Assembly: GCA_036676395.1 (NCBI GenBank)
Contig: JAKFCY010000002.1
Span: 1,952,001 to 2,016,000 of the forward strand
From: Bdellovibrio sp.
Lineage (GTDB): Bacteria > Bdellovibrionota > Bdellovibrionia > Bdellovibrionales > Bdellovibrionaceae
Direction of reading: 5' to 3'
DNA length: 64,000 nt
The number at the start of each line of letters is the position of its first letter. Position 1 is the stretch's first letter. A program made the translations under genes and the position numbers. Positions 35,662-45,559 of the stretch are shown here, one piece after another. A model generated the notes under the pieces. The model saw only the letters and a program-made list of their open reading frames with translations. It ran no database searches and was not told the DNA's origin.

Positions 35662-37400
35662 AAAAAGCCTTTTCTAAAACCATCTTTGATACCCTGATGC
35701 AGGCCTATCGCCCTTTTATCGTTAGAATCATTACGGTGGTGATTTTAGGATTTGCCGCAAGATTGTTGTTTTTATCCAATGCCCAGATGATTGCTCGCTT
35801 TTATGACGCGCACAAAATTATTCAGCGTGATGATTTAGTTTCTTTAACTTCAAGTTTATTAGTTGTGCTGATCGTTTCATTTTTATTAACGCTTATTTAC
35901 CGCACGGTATTTTCAAGGCTTTCGGCTCTGGCGGTTTCGCGTATTTATGATGAAACGACTTACCGTGTGTCGCGCTACCCATTATCATATTTTGATAATA
36001 CTCCGGTCGGTAAAATCACGACGCGTTTTTCGAGTGATTACGGCAACATCTTTCGTTTATTCGGCGGACCTTTAGCCGAGTTTTTATCGATCATCTTTGA
36101 TTTAATCGGCATTACAATTTTAATCATGTTAACGCACCCGTATTTTGTGGTGAACTTGCTGTTAGCCGGCCTTGGTTTTTATGTGATTTTAAAACGTAAT
36201 CAAATCAGACTGCGTGAACATCGCCGTGAAGTTTCGATTTTACGTGGGCCTTCGGTGGCGCATTTTTCAGAAACTGTTCAGGGAAGCCTTTCGATCAGAC
36301 AAAATTCCAAAGTCAGAACTTTTATAAATCGCTTTTTAAAATTAGATGATCTTTATATCACCAGTAAATACCACATCGTAAAAAGCATTATGCGTTTTTC
36401 GACAGAACTGAATGTGATTTCTACGCTGTTATTTTTAATGAACGGCTTATTGGGAATGTATCTGGTGCACGAAGGCAAATTAGGCGCAGGACAAGTGGCC
36501 GTGATTTTAGGTTTCACTATTCTGGCGACAAATACCCTGCAGATGTTTTTTGAGTGGTACTCACAATTTGAAGAGGCTTTAGTGGGTGTTGAACGTTTAG
36601 ATGAATTTATTCGTAACCCGATCGAAGAAGGTGCCTTGCTGCCGTCGTATTCAGATTTTAAAACTCACCATCCGAAAAAAGATAAGTTAAATAAAACTTC
36701 TGAACCAGCGGCAAAACTTGCTTCTGATTTTAAATTAACCGTTGAAAACCTATCGCTTACATACCCAAATCAAAATCACCCCACACTTTTGAATGTGTCG
36801 TTTAAATTAAAACCTTCAGAAAAATTGGGAATCATTGGCCGAACCGGCGCCGGCAAGTCGACCTTGATTGCAGCACTTTTACGCTTATACCCTTTCAATC
36901 AAGGTGTGATCTTAATCGATAATGCTTTTAAAACAGATATTGAAGACCACCGTAAACAGTTTTCGTTGATTTCGCAGGATCAGTTTTTTATCAAGGGAAC
37001 AATCAAAGATAATCTTGATCTGTTTAACCAGTTTTCGAGTGATAAACTGAACGAGACCCTGAAGCTCGTGGGTCTGCCGCTACAGTTACATTTTATGCTG
37101 GATGAAAAGGGACAAAACCTTTCACAAGGTGAAAAACAGCTCTTAAGTCTGGCCCGCGGGCTCTTACAAAATGCAGAGATTTTCATCTTCGATGAAGCTA
37201 CCGCAAACATTGATCCGCAATCTGAAAAATTAATCGAATTAGCTCTGAAAAAGACTTTAGCCGACAAGACACAAATCCGAATAGCTCATAGACTGCAGAC
37301 AGTTTTGGATTGCGATAAGATTTTATGGCTTGAACACGGGCAGGTAAAAATGTTAGGTTCAACCCCAGAAGTTTTAAAAGCATTTGAAGCGTCTCGTTAG
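35658..37400 (+). CDS. ABCC/MRP-like half transporter (TMD+NBD2)
   Basis: YFDNTPVGKITTRFSSD, GRTGAGKST, NLSQGEKQL, DEATA.ID, IAHRL. Confidence 0.9.
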   Translation: MKKAFSKTIFDTLMQAYRPFIVRIITVVILGFAARLLFLSNAQMIARFYDAHKIIQRDDLVSLTSSLLVVLIVSFLLTLIYRTVFSRLSALAVSRIYDETTYRVSRYPLSYFDNTPVGKITTRFSSDYGNIFRLFGGPLAEFLSIIFDLIGITILIMLTHPYFVVNLLLAGLGFYVILKRNQIRLREHRREVSILRGPSVAHFSETVQGSLSIRQNSKVRTFINRFLKLDDLYITSKYHIVKSIMRFSTELNVISTLLFLMNGLLGMYLVHEGKLGAGQVAVILGFTILATNTLQMFFEWYSQFEEALVGVERLDEFIRNPIEEGALLPSYSDFKTHHPKKDKLNKTSEPAAKLASDFKLTVENLSLTYPNQNHPTLLNVSFKLKPSEKLGIIGRTGAGKSTLIAALLRLYPFNQGVILIDNAFKTDIEDHRKQFSLISQDQFFIKGTIKDNLDLFNQFSSDKLNETLKLVGLPLQLHFMLDEKGQNLSQGEKQLLSLARGLLQNAEIFIFDEATANIDPQSEKLIELALKKTLADKTQIRIAHRLQTVLDCDKILWLEHGQVKMLGSTPEVLKAFEASR

Positions 37401-37406
37401 GAAACT

Positions 37407-38792
37407 ATGTCAGACGAAAAAAAACCATCAAATCCACGCGACGAAAAGCCGCTGGATTTTATTGAGAACGAAGCCGAAAACGCTGTTGATGAAAACAGTG
37501 TTGAATTCCTTCGTATGAACTGGGCCCAGCTTCCGCAAGCCCAGAGCCATGATGCGTTCTTTCGTCTTTCTCGTACCGATGCCGAAGAATTATTCTTATC
37601 ACTGACAGCTCAAGATCAATTTCCTTTAATTAAAGCCTGTACTTCATTAGAAAAAAGATCTTGGATCAGATTATTAGCGCCGGATGATGCGGCCGATTTA
37701 ATTCAGGAAGAAGAAGCTGATCAGCGTGAAGCTTGGCTAAGCCTGCTTGATCCACAAACAAAACGCGAAGTGGGCGTGTTATTAGCTTACGCTGAAGACA
37801 ACGCCGGCGGTATCATGTCATCGCGCTTTTTACGTTTGCGCCCAAACATGAACGTCGACGAAGCGATTAGCTATATTCGTTTGCAGGCCAAAACTCAGGT
37901 TGAAACTATTTACTATGCTTACGTCTTAACAACGGATCAAAAGTTATTAGGCGTTGTCTCATTTCGAGAACTATTTGCTTCGGCTCCGCAAAAAAAAGTG
38001 GATGAGATCATGTCTTCAGACATTATCTCTGTGCCGGTTGATATGGATCAAGAACAAATTGGTCAGATCTTTAGCCAAAATAATTTAATGGCCCTACCCG
38101 TAATTGATGCTGATGAAAAAATGATTGGTATCGTCACGTTTGATGACGTGGCTGAAGTTATCCAAGAAGAGGCCACTGAAGATATTCATAAGATTGCCGG
38201 TATGGAAAGCTTAGATGCACCCTATTTACAAATCGGCTTTGCTGAAATGTTAAAAAAGCGCGCGGGCTGGTTAATCGTACTTTTAGTTGGTGGAATGTTT
38301 ACCACCACTGCACTTGGTTACTACGAAGATGAAATGCAGCGGGCCGCAGTTCTGTATATGTTTTTACCTTTGATTATTTCTTCGGGCGGTAACACGGGTT
38401 CGCAGGCCTCAACACTGGTGATTCGTGCTATGGCCTTAGGTGAAGTTCGCCTAAAAGATTGGTGGCGAGTTTTACTTCGCGAGATTTCTACGGGGCTTTG
38501 CCTGGGATTAATTTTGGGCGCGATTGCTTTACTTAGAATTTATTTATGGCCATGGGCTGAACAAATGTACGGCGAACATTATCGTTACATCGCACACACT
38601 GTCGCCGTTTCTATAATTGGCGTGGTTTTATGGGGCACGATTACAGGTTCAATGCTGCCATTTGTCTTAAGAAAATTTAAACTCGATCCCGCTTCAGCAT
38701 CTGCTCCTGCAGTTGCGACCATCGTGGATGTCACAGGTTTAATCATTTATTTCACCGCCGCTAGCCTAATTCTAAAAGGCATTTTGTTGTAA
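37407..38792 (+). CDS. mgtE: Magnesium transporter MgtE
   Basis: CBS pair, EEATEDI, GGNTGSQ, DPA.AS.P...T..D..G. Confidence 0.95.
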   Translation: MSDEKKPSNPRDEKPLDFIENEAENAVDENSVEFLRMNWAQLPQAQSHDAFFRLSRTDAEELFLSLTAQDQFPLIKACTSLEKRSWIRLLAPDDAADLIQEEEADQREAWLSLLDPQTKREVGVLLAYAEDNAGGIMSSRFLRLRPNMNVDEAISYIRLQAKTQVETIYYAYVLTTDQKLLGVVSFRELFASAPQKKVDEIMSSDIISVPVDMDQEQIGQIFSQNNLMALPVIDADEKMIGIVTFDDVAEVIQEEATEDIHKIAGMESLDAPYLQIGFAEMLKKRAGWLIVLLVGGMFTTTALGYYEDEMQRAAVLYMFLPLIISSGGNTGSQASTLVIRAMALGEVRLKDWWRVLLREISTGLCLGLILGAIALLRIYLWPWAEQMYGEHYRYIAHTVAVSIIGVVLWGTITGSMLPFVLRKFKLDPASASAPAVATIVDVTGLIIYFTAASLILKGILL

Positions 38793-38809
38793 TTGGCACT
38801 TCTCATGCT
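38793..38809 (+). promoter_or_regulatory. Sigma54-like -24/-12 promoter
   Basis: TTGGCACTTCTCATGCT with GG-N10-GC spacing, upstream of the SLT gene. Confidence 0.5.
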
Positions 38810-38871
38810 TAGTAAACCGTATGTACGTCAGGGAATGCACATACAGTTTTAGATCAACTAAGGAGATTTAA

Positions 38872-39654
38872 ATGCTAACAAAACCACAAAATGCGGCCTC
38901 ACAAGATAAAAATTACTTGTCGCTGCTTACACCAATCATCGTGGTAACGATTTTTACTTTTCAAACAAAAGTACAAGCGATGGCAATGGGGCCATACATT
39001 GATTTATCTGAAGTCAGAGCCGCTGCAAATAAGCCGCGCGCAAACACATGGAGCCAAACTTCAACGGCAAAATCCGCAGAAGATAAAAATACCGAAGATC
39101 ATGTGCGCGAAGTGATTCCATTATGGGAGACAAAATCACTCAATCACCGTTCTTGGAGTGAACATGTTTATGATGAATTACCGACTCTTGGCCCTGCCTT
39201 ATTAGCGGCGAATCCAACAGATGCAAAAATATTTTGTCCGAATTTTTCTAATTTATCAGATAGTGAAAGAAAACAATTCTGGGCATTTTTTATTTCGAGC
39301 ATGGTTAAATTTGAAAGTGGCTTTGACCCCAAATCAGCTTACACCGAAGGTTTCAGAGACAACACGGGCCGCTACGTTATTAGCCGCGGGTTATTGCAAA
39401 TTTCAATGGAGAGCAGCAAAGGTTACCGCTGTGGATTTACATCATCGACAGAAATTCACAGCCCTACCAAAAATTTAAGCTGCGGGATTAAAATTCTAAA
39501 TCACTGGATGAAAAAAGACCAACGTATCGCCAGCCGTTCTGGTTTAGGCTGGAAAGGTGGCGCCCGTTATTGGTCGGTACTACGCGCAGGTAAAAAATCC
39601 TCGTATCAATCCATTGTTAAATGGAGCAACGACTTACCATTTTGTAAATTATAA
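38872..39654 (+). CDS. Exported lytic transglycosylase (SLT-like)
   Basis: MVKFESGFDP (catalytic E-S), SRGLLQIS, P.KNL.CG.KIL, YWSVLR. Confidence 0.8.
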   Translation: MLTKPQNAASQDKNYLSLLTPIIVVTIFTFQTKVQAMAMGPYIDLSEVRAAANKPRANTWSQTSTAKSAEDKNTEDHVREVIPLWETKSLNHRSWSEHVYDELPTLGPALLAANPTDAKIFCPNFSNLSDSERKQFWAFFISSMVKFESGFDPKSAYTEGFRDNTGRYVISRGLLQISMESSKGYRCGFTSSTEIHSPTKNLSCGIKILNHWMKKDQRIASRSGLGWKGGARYWSVLRAGKKSSYQSIVKWSNDLPFCKL

Positions 39655-39665
39655 ATTGCGAAAAC

Positions 39666-41585
39666 TTACGTAGGGATCAAACCCTGCGTAAGCCCTTGCA
39701 CTTGTGATTTAAGATTTTCAGTGACGTTTAAGAATTTCACACCGAACGAGTTCAGTTCAGTTGACCAAACAATTTCGCCTTCGACTTCTTCGTGCACGTC
39801 TGAAATTTTTAATTTAATTTTTTGCCCTTTGGCAAACTGTTGCTCTGATTTAAATGATAATCCGCCAACCGCTAATGTTTGTGAAGCGGCACTAATCACT
39901 TGATCACCGATTTGAATCATCACTTCTTTAGCTACGCTGTAACGTTCGTACTGACGTAATGATACGTTTTTAGTTTGTTTGCGACGTAAACCAAAAGCCA
40001 TCGCCAGGGGCATTAACATCATAAAACCAAACATCAATGCCTGACCCATTTGCCCGCCACTTGGTGGACCTTGATTTAATTCATTCGCGATGGCTTTTAC
40101 TAAACCGCAACCACCCGCCGCACCACCAGGTTCAGCCGCGGGCGCTCTGTCTTCGGTTTTATAAACGGGTGAATAACTTGGAGCCCAAGCAGTAGAACTG
40201 ATCTGCGCTTGTGCTATTTGCATAACTTTAAGCGCGTTCACACGCCCTGCAGTTTGCGAATAACCATTCAGGTATGAAGAAGTATCTATTCCTGACATAA
40301 CGACACCACGGATTTGATAAGCCGACAAGTGCGGTGCTTCACGAATGGCCAGCGCGGCAATACCTGCCACTAACGGTGCTGCCATTGAAGTTCCGCTCAT
40401 TCTTTTTTTACAGTAAAGACTTAGATTATTGATATCCGAACACTGGCTGCCAGGTATAGTACTATCAATTAAATCACCTGGTGCAAAGATATGAACATAG
40501 GTCGAACTGTAATTAGAAAAAGGGGCTCGACGGTCTTCGCCCTTTGAAGCTCCGACGGCGATATTACTTGGCGTATCGAACATCGCCGGATAAGTTGCCT
40601 GAACGCCCAGATTCATACCGGAATTACCAGCCGCAGTTACGATCACGACATCGTTATCATAAGCAAACTTGTAAGCATCATGCAGTGCACGTGAATAAGA
40701 TCCGCCACCCCATGAATTATTAATAACCTTTGCGCCGTTATTAACTGCATAGTACATGGCGTCGATGGCGCTAGCGGTGCTGCCACTGCCTTCACCATTT
40801 AAAAATTTTAACGGCATAATGCGAATTTTTGATTCGCGCACAGGGTTTTGAAAAATATCCTGCCCAGCACCGACAACGATTCCGGCCACGTGTGTTCCGT
40901 GATCAGCATCGTCATACATGTTTGGCGAATTATCGACGAAATTCCAACCGTTGATATCATCAACATAACCATTACCATCATCATCAACACCAGTGATGCC
41001 ATTCACTTCGGCCAGGTTTTTATAAACAGCATTTGCATCAGCAAACACCGCATGCTGAATATCAACACCCGTATCAATAACCGCAACAATAGTTTTTGTT
41101 GCTGATGCCGGCAATTGTTGAATGGCCCATGATTCAGCAATTTGCACCCACGAGATTGTTTGTGTGTAGGTATCTGTAGACGATGCAGCAACACCCATAG
41201 CTGTTGAGGCTTCTGTATATTCTGGTTCTAAACTTAAAATATAGTTGGGTTCAATAAATTCGACTTCTGGATTTGCTTTTAAAGCTTCAAGATTTGTCGC
41301 CGATACATCACTGATATGCATCATACCTGCTTTTTCAAACTTGCCTTGCACACTTAGACCTTTAAAAGCTGATAAAATACGCGCACCTTTTTCAGAGGCC
41401 AGTTTGTTAGCCACGGCCATTCCAGAAAGACCCGCTTTACCGCTGAGTCTAACTGAACTCAATTGAGGTTTAAATTTAATGATATATTCGCCAGAAACAG
41501 CGACGTTCTGCGCATGCACGACCTGCGATAGAAAAATGAGCCCCAAAGCTGTATAAAGCCAACGTACTTTAGTGAATGACGACAT
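39666..41585 (-). CDS. S8 subtilase with C-terminal GGCG-TM-PilZ extension
   Basis: VIDTG, HGTHVAG and GTSMA triad motifs; I9-like propeptide; RQYER plus PilZ-like C-terminus. Confidence 0.9.
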   Translation of the reverse strand: MSSFTKVRWLYTALGLIFLSQVVHAQNVAVSGEYIIKFKPQLSSVRLSGKAGLSGMAVANKLASEKGARILSAFKGLSVQGKFEKAGMMHISDVSATNLEALKANPEVEFIEPNYILSLEPEYTEASTAMGVAASSTDTYTQTISWVQIAESWAIQQLPASATKTIVAVIDTGVDIQHAVFADANAVYKNLAEVNGITGVDDDGNGYVDDINGWNFVDNSPNMYDDADHGTHVAGIVVGAGQDIFQNPVRESKIRIMPLKFLNGEGSGSTASAIDAMYYAVNNGAKVINNSWGGGSYSRALHDAYKFAYDNDVVIVTAAGNSGMNLGVQATYPAMFDTPSNIAVGASKGEDRRAPFSNYSSTYVHIFAPGDLIDSTIPGSQCSDINNLSLYCKKRMSGTSMAAPLVAGIAALAIREAPHLSAYQIRGVVMSGIDTSSYLNGYSQTAGRVNALKVMQIAQAQISSTAWAPSYSPVYKTEDRAPAAEPGGAAGGCGLVKAIANELNQGPPSGGQMGQALMFGFMMLMPLAMAFGLRRKQTKNVSLRQYERYSVAKEVMIQIGDQVISAASQTLAVGGLSFKSEQQFAKGQKIKLKISDVHEEVEGEIVWSTELNSFGVKFLNVTENLKSQVQGLTQGLIPT

Positions 41586-41592
41586 ACTTAGA

Positions 41593-41619
41593 TTATCGTC
41601 TGGTTAGACCTTAATCTAA
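41593..41619 (-). promoter_or_regulatory. Sigma28-like promoter of the S8-PilZ gene
   Basis: TTAG-N15-GACGATAA, ending 7 nt before the ATG. Confidence 0.55.
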
Positions 41620-41698
41620 AGGGTGAGATGAGCAAGTCTCACTATAAGACAACAAAGTCGTTGTCGATCTTGGGGTAATGTTTATAAAATAGAATTAT

Positions 41699-42301
41699 AT
41701 GTCTCGATTGCAGAAAATATTCATTAGTGGTTTGGTTGCGTTTTTACCTATAGCTTTATCGATCTATGTTTTGATGATCGGTGTCTCACTCATCGAAAAT
41801 ATGTTTGGTCAATTTTTGCGACAAGTTTTACCTGCAGGAACATATATTCCGGGTTTTGGTTTTTTAGCGACAATCGCTTTTATTTTATTATTAGGGGTTT
41901 TAGTTGATAACTTTATCACGGCCACTTTTTTTCGCCGCCTGCAAGAAAAGCTGCGCGAAGTTCCGTTAGTTAAAGTTATTTATTCGCCGCTACGCGATTT
42001 AATGAATCTTTTTGCCAAGGGCCAGCAACAACAAACCATGCAAAAAGTGGTGTTGGTGCACTTCACAAAATCACATTCTGTTTTAGGGCTCGTTACGCGC
42101 GAATCTTTTAAAGATTTAGATATAAAGTTATCGATAGCCGCTGATAGAATTGCTGTGTATATCCCCATGAGTTACGGCCTTGGCGGTTACACTGTTTTAG
42201 TGAATAAAGCTGATGTTGAAGCTGTTGATATGCCCATTGAAAAAGCGATGAGTTTAGCCTTAACCGGCTGGATTAAAACGGATCCTGACCCACAAAAATA
42301 G
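41699..42301 (+). CDS. DUF502 membrane protein
   Basis: F..GL....P, IPG.G, VPLVK.IYS, V.IP, M..EKAM...L.G. Confidence 0.85.
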   Translation: MSRLQKIFISGLVAFLPIALSIYVLMIGVSLIENMFGQFLRQVLPAGTYIPGFGFLATIAFILLLGVLVDNFITATFFRRLQEKLREVPLVKVIYSPLRDLMNLFAKGQQQQTMQKVVLVHFTKSHSVLGLVTRESFKDLDIKLSIAADRIAVYIPMSYGLGGYTVLVNKADVEAVDMPIEKAMSLALTGWIKTDPDPQK

Positions 42302-42324
42302 GCCAAAAAAAAGCAGGAGGCCAT

Positions 42325-43725
42325 TTGAGCACACCAAGAACCCAATCCATTTCTGAAAAAGCTTTAGATATTAATTTAGATCCGCAACGTTATGGATCAT
42401 TTGCCGAAATTGGTGCCGGTCAAGAAGTGGCCCGTCAGTTTTTTCAAGCCGGCAAAGCATCGCAAACGATTGCTCTTACAATCTCAGCCTATGATATGAC
42501 GTTCAGTGATATCATTTACGGTAAAGAAAAATCTGGCCGCTATGTTTGTGAATCACGAGTGCACAAAATGTTAGACCGCGAATATGAAAAATTAGTTGAA
42601 CGCTTAGGATCAACGCGCGGTAAAAACACGGCCTTTTTTTCATTTGCAGACACTGTAGCCACAGGCTCTGAAGGCAAAAAGAATTCACACGGCTGGATGG
42701 GTGTAAAGTTTCAACATAAACCCGGAGTTGCGCCTTCTGAAGTTATTTTGCATATGCGCTTACTTGACCGTCATCGTTTGCAACAGCAAGAAACCTTAAG
42801 CATGTTAGGGGTAAACCTGCTGCATTCTGCGTTTTATAAAACGGCTAACCCGCATGAATTTATTGAAAGCCTATTTGATAAAATTAAATCAGGTTCTATC
42901 GCGGTTGATGCCATTCATTTTACCGGCGAGGCCTTTAAAAAATTTGATGAATTAGCCCTTAATTTAACGATGGTTGAACTGGGTTGGTCTGAGGCGATCT
43001 TTATCAATGCCGAAGGCAAAGTGCAAAATGCCAGTGACGCCCTATTTGGTAAAGATATTTTAGTTCAGCGTGCGTTTTATAATCCGGTCACAAATACCCA
43101 TTTAGATGTTATGGATAAAGGCACAAAACACTTTAGTAAAGAGTACGGCACTCGCACCAGTGATGTCGTAAATCTATTTGAATTTACTCTCAATAATCGT
43201 TTAAAAAACACTCAGATTTCAGTCACTGAAGCCTTAAAAAAAGTAAAGATGATTTCTTCACTGAAAAAGCCCGTGCTCGTCAGCAATTTTACTTTGTTCT
43301 ACAAATTAAAAGAACATCTGCGTGGCATGTCTGATAAGCCCTTAGGAATCGTGATCGGCGCTACCCACCTAGAAAAACTGTTTGATGAAAAGTTTTATTT
43401 TGATTTACCGGGTGGCATTTTAGAAGGCATGGGTAAACTTGTAGATAGCAAAACTCACTTATACATTTACCCCCATAAAACAGAGCTTATGTGCTTACAG
43501 GTCAGAAGCTTTCGCCCCAAACCTGCGATCAAGCATATTTATTCTCACCTTTTAGAGAACCAGTTAATTCAAGATATCGCCGGCTGTGATGAGATTCAGG
43601 AATTCGTGCATTCAGATGACATCTTAAATCTGGTAAAGAAAAAAGATAACCGCTGGAAAAAACTTGTTCCCGAATCAGTGCAATCGATCTGGATCGAACA
43701 GGTTAAAACCGAAGCCCGCAAATAA
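42325..43725 (+). CDS. Nucleotidyltransferase-superfamily (NMN/NaMN adenylyltransferase-like) conserved protein
   Basis: KAL.INLD...YGSFAEIGAGQEVAR.FF, SAYDM.FSD.IYG, F+FADTV, HGWMG; TTG start after GGAGG. Confidence 0.6.
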   Translation: MSTPRTQSISEKALDINLDPQRYGSFAEIGAGQEVARQFFQAGKASQTIALTISAYDMTFSDIIYGKEKSGRYVCESRVHKMLDREYEKLVERLGSTRGKNTAFFSFADTVATGSEGKKNSHGWMGVKFQHKPGVAPSEVILHMRLLDRHRLQQQETLSMLGVNLLHSAFYKTANPHEFIESLFDKIKSGSIAVDAIHFTGEAFKKFDELALNLTMVELGWSEAIFINAEGKVQNASDALFGKDILVQRAFYNPVTNTHLDVMDKGTKHFSKEYGTRTSDVVNLFEFTLNNRLKNTQISVTEALKKVKMISSLKKPVLVSNFTLFYKLKEHLRGMSDKPLGIVIGATHLEKLFDEKFYFDLPGGILEGMGKLVDSKTHLYIYPHKTELMCLQVRSFRPKPAIKHIYSHLLENQLIQDIAGCDEIQEFVHSDDILNLVKKKDNRWKKLVPESVQSIWIEQVKTEARK

Positions 43726-43793
43726 ACCTTTAGCCTAAGACACGGCCTAGTCCAGTTCAAACTTTACCCATTATTCGATAAACTAGTAGGCGT

Positions 43794-44516
43794 ATGAAAC
43801 ATATCTACGCCTTTTTTATTTTCGTTGTTATCGCTTCAACAACTTTTGCAGCCAGTGACTGGAAAAACCCGGCGATCGAACTAAGTGGTGATCCCGAGCT
43901 TCGAGCTCAGGGCGTAAAAGAATTAAAAGAAATTAAAAACTTATCTGAACAACTCAGCCAGAGTTTTAAAAAAGACCGCGCTTTAGTTTTGCAGGTTATT
44001 CGCGAACTTGAGCTGCGTGATTTTTTACCCCGTCTGTTTGAAATGATCACTCATTTAAATGGCCGCGATCTTTCATATGATATTGTGCAAACGGCAACCT
44101 ATCTGTCTCATGAAAAAAATAAACCTGAACTGACGAAGCTTTACAGCGGCAAGTTAGAAACAGCAAAACTTACAGATACTACAACATTAGCATTACTTCT
44201 GGGTTTACAAAAATTTGACTACCCGATCGAAGAAAAAAAATTAATCAGCTATCTAGAACATTCATCGTATGAAGTTCGCATCGCTGCCGTTGAAATGGCT
44301 CAAGCTCTTGATAAAGATAAAAAATCTTACGCTAAGGTCTTTCAGAAAGCGATCGCGACTTCACCTTACCAGGTCAGAATGGTGGCCTACAGCGAATTTC
44401 TGACTAACACCGACTTAAAAAAATCTCATCAAGCAGATCTTAACAAAGCCTGCAACCAAGAAAAAAACGACGAAGCCAAAGAGCTTTGCCAAAAACTAAA
44501 TGGCGGTAAAAAATAA
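43794..44516 (+). CDS. Exported HEAT/alpha-helical repeat protein
   Basis: Signal peptide; repeated SYEVRIAA / PYQVRMVA HEAT-like motifs. Confidence 0.65.
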   Translation: MKHIYAFFIFVVIASTTFAASDWKNPAIELSGDPELRAQGVKELKEIKNLSEQLSQSFKKDRALVLQVIRELELRDFLPRLFEMITHLNGRDLSYDIVQTATYLSHEKNKPELTKLYSGKLETAKLTDTTTLALLLGLQKFDYPIEEKKLISYLEHSSYEVRIAAVEMAQALDKDKKSYAKVFQKAIATSPYQVRMVAYSEFLTNTDLKKSHQADLNKACNQEKNDEAKELCQKLNGGKK

Positions 44517-45526
44517 TGCGCTATTCAGTTTTATTATTTACTTTACTATTTTCGCTCCCAGCTTTTTCACAAGCTGATAAGGCCTGTCACGAATCTTATG
44601 ATAAAATGTATGCCGACGGAGAATTAACGCTGAGTTTATTTTTAGGCTACTCAGACAATGAAGATTACGTCGATGACGTTATCTCGAAAGCCAACTATGT
44701 TGAAACCATCACCACAAATTGCGATGAAGAAACTCTGGTAACAGAACTTTGTGGATTTAAGCGCGATCCGGATGACGCTGACATCTTCACAAAAACTATT
44801 ACGCGCGCTAACGGTAAAACCGATAATATTAAATTAAGAATAACAAGTTCTGCGGTCACTTCAAGTAACCATGTAAATACAGGCACGAATAAAAACAGCC
44901 AATATAAAAAATCAGCGCAAACCGAAGCTAAGTTTTTAAAAGCCCTGCAAACTGATGATGTCGTCATTTACAACGGCCATGCGCGCAGAGGCACCGGCCC
45001 AGGCTTCAGACCCATGGGCAATGCCGACTGGGTAAAAGCTGTTGCTCTGAAGTCATCTTTGCAAAAAATGGTTCACGCCTTAAAAACCGCTAAAAAAACT
45101 CCTGCAATTATCGGCATGATTACTTGCGAAGGTGAATCTCACTACGGCAAGGCCCTGCAAGACGCAGCACCTAATTCGGGTTTACTACTAACTCGTCAAA
45201 CGACTTCGTTTTCTGATTCAGATATCATCGTGCAAAATTCAATCGAAAACATTCTACAAAAAAAATGTGCACCAGCGTTCAGAAAGAGTATTCAGAATTC
45301 AGTTAGAGATATTTACAATTCTCCGCTTGATGGAACTGATAATTACAAAGACAAGCTTCCCGAAATTTATAATTTCTTTGAAGTGAATAAGAAAAAGTTT
45401 CTACCGCCGCGCGGGGCGATTTTGACTTTGATTAATGGCCAATACGAAGAGCTCTCTGACCGCGATCGTGAAGCGGCCAAAGAACGCAGCAGAACTAAAC
45501 CGGCGCAAACTGATAATCCAAGATAA
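44516..45526 (+). CDS. Exported protein with a putative clan-CD His-Cys dyad
   Basis: Signal peptide; DVVIYNGHA and IIGMITC; TAATG coupling to the upstream gene. Confidence 0.55.
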   Translation: MRYSVLLFTLLFSLPAFSQADKACHESYDKMYADGELTLSLFLGYSDNEDYVDDVISKANYVETITTNCDEETLVTELCGFKRDPDDADIFTKTITRANGKTDNIKLRITSSAVTSSNHVNTGTNKNSQYKKSAQTEAKFLKALQTDDVVIYNGHARRGTGPGFRPMGNADWVKAVALKSSLQKMVHALKTAKKTPAIIGMITCEGESHYGKALQDAAPNSGLLLTRQTTSFSDSDIIVQNSIENILQKKCAPAFRKSIQNSVRDIYNSPLDGTDNYKDKLPEIYNFFEVNKKKFLPPRGAILTLINGQYEELSDRDREAAKERSRTKPAQTDNPR

Positions 45527-45559
45527 AAAGATCGGCCGGCAGGCCGACCAATCAACCAG

